A model generated the notes under the pieces. It made no database searches and was not told the origin of the DNA. It saw only the letters and a program-made list of their open reading frames with translations. DNA of 64,000 bases from Myxococcales bacterium (GTDB lineage: Bacteria > Myxococcota_A > UBA9042). The stretch covers positions 32,001 to 96,000 of the forward strand of contig JBBISH010000002.1 in assembly GCA_037441385.1 (NCBI GenBank), written 5' to 3'. Both the position numbers and the translations under genes were made by a program. How positions within the stretch are numbered: the first letter of the stretch is position 1; each line of letters opens with the position of its first letter. Positions 63,379 through 64,000 of the stretch are shown here, piece after piece.

Positions 63379-63999
63379 CTACTTCGCGGCCAACCGCGTA
63401 TCAATCCAGGTGACCAGGTCCGCAAGAACCTGGCGGCGGTCGGCCTCGGGCTCGTTGAACAGCTCGTGGTAGTGGCCGGCGTAGGTGCGCAGTTCGACCT
63501 GATCGCCGCCAATCTGCCCCACAAAGGTCTGGGTGGTCTGCGGATCGATGATGCGATCGCCTGTGCCGACCAGGACCAACGTCGGCAGGCCGGCAAAAGC
63601 CTGCGGTCGGGCGCAGATCTCGGCCTGCATTGCCACGAATTCGGTGTACCACCGCGCCGTGGCCACTTTGCTGTTCAGCGGATCGCGGTCATAGGCCGCC
63701 ACTTCGGCCGAATCGCGGCTGGTGTGCTCGGGCGGAATGCCAGACGGCACCGCAAGTTGCGGCAGCAACTTGGACGCCCCCCGGGCCAGCGCCTCTTTCC
63801 ACGCAGGAATGACCACCGCGTTCTTCAGCGCGGGGTTCGACAGGATCCAACCCTGGACGGCGGCTGGCTTCTTGCGCGCCACCGCCAGGGTGACCAAGCC
63901 GCCCATCGAGTGGCCGACCACGAACAGGGGCGCCGGCAGCTTCTTGGCGGCCAGTTCGATCGCCAGCAGCGCGTCGTCGACGTACTGGTCGAATTGCTC
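63379..63999 (-). CDS. Alpha/beta hydrolase (lysophospholipase-like), 5' end outside window
   Basis: GHSMGG nucleophile elbow, GTGDRII (Asp), YHELFNEP (His). Confidence 0.92.
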   Translation of the reverse strand, partial: EQFDQYVDDALLAIELAAKKLPAPLFVVGHSMGGLVTLAVARKKPAAVQGWILSNPALKNAVVIPAWKEALARGASKLLPQLAVPSGIPPEHTSRDSAEVAAYDRDPLNSKVATARWYTEFVAMQAEICARPQAFAGLPTLVLVGTGDRIIDPQTTQTFVGQIGGDQVELRTYAGHYHELFNEPEADRRQVLADLVTWIDTRLAAK

Positions 64000-64000
64000 G

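Overview
GC-rich bacterial window. Cys-rich lipoproteins, an FHA/sigma54-type regulator, a Hanks kinase and a MoxR-VWA locus suggest Myxococcota or a related deltaproteobacterium (inference). The centre (17.3-37.0 kb, minus strand) is the str-S10-spc-alpha ribosomal protein supercluster, in a remodelled form. tuf, rplC, rpmD and map are absent from their usual slots. Most spacers are expanded, four sigma70-type promoters share a -10/GC-rich discriminator motif, rpsL has a ~390-nt structured leader, and RpoA carries a ~25-aa insertion. A 243-bp element with 27-bp terminal inverted repeats sits just upstream of the str promoter. The left flank has a carboxylesterase, carbonic anhydrase, SDR, Cys-rich lipoproteins (one antistasin+Kazal), an operon with a MacB/LolCE-type ABC permease bearing a 14-Cys insert, wecB, rluB and lnt. 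The right flank has mlaF/mlaD, methylmalonyl-CoA epimerase, polA, a large Cys-repeat lipoprotein, salvage genes, MoxR/DUF58/VWA and a lytic transglycosylase. It ends in a run of degenerate transcription/signalling proteins: non-RD kinase, GAFTGA-less FHA-EBP, a stand-alone sigma region-4-like protein and a 53-aa basic protein. No rRNA, tRNA, CRISPR or transposase was seen. All calls come from reading the sequence by eye; no searches were run.
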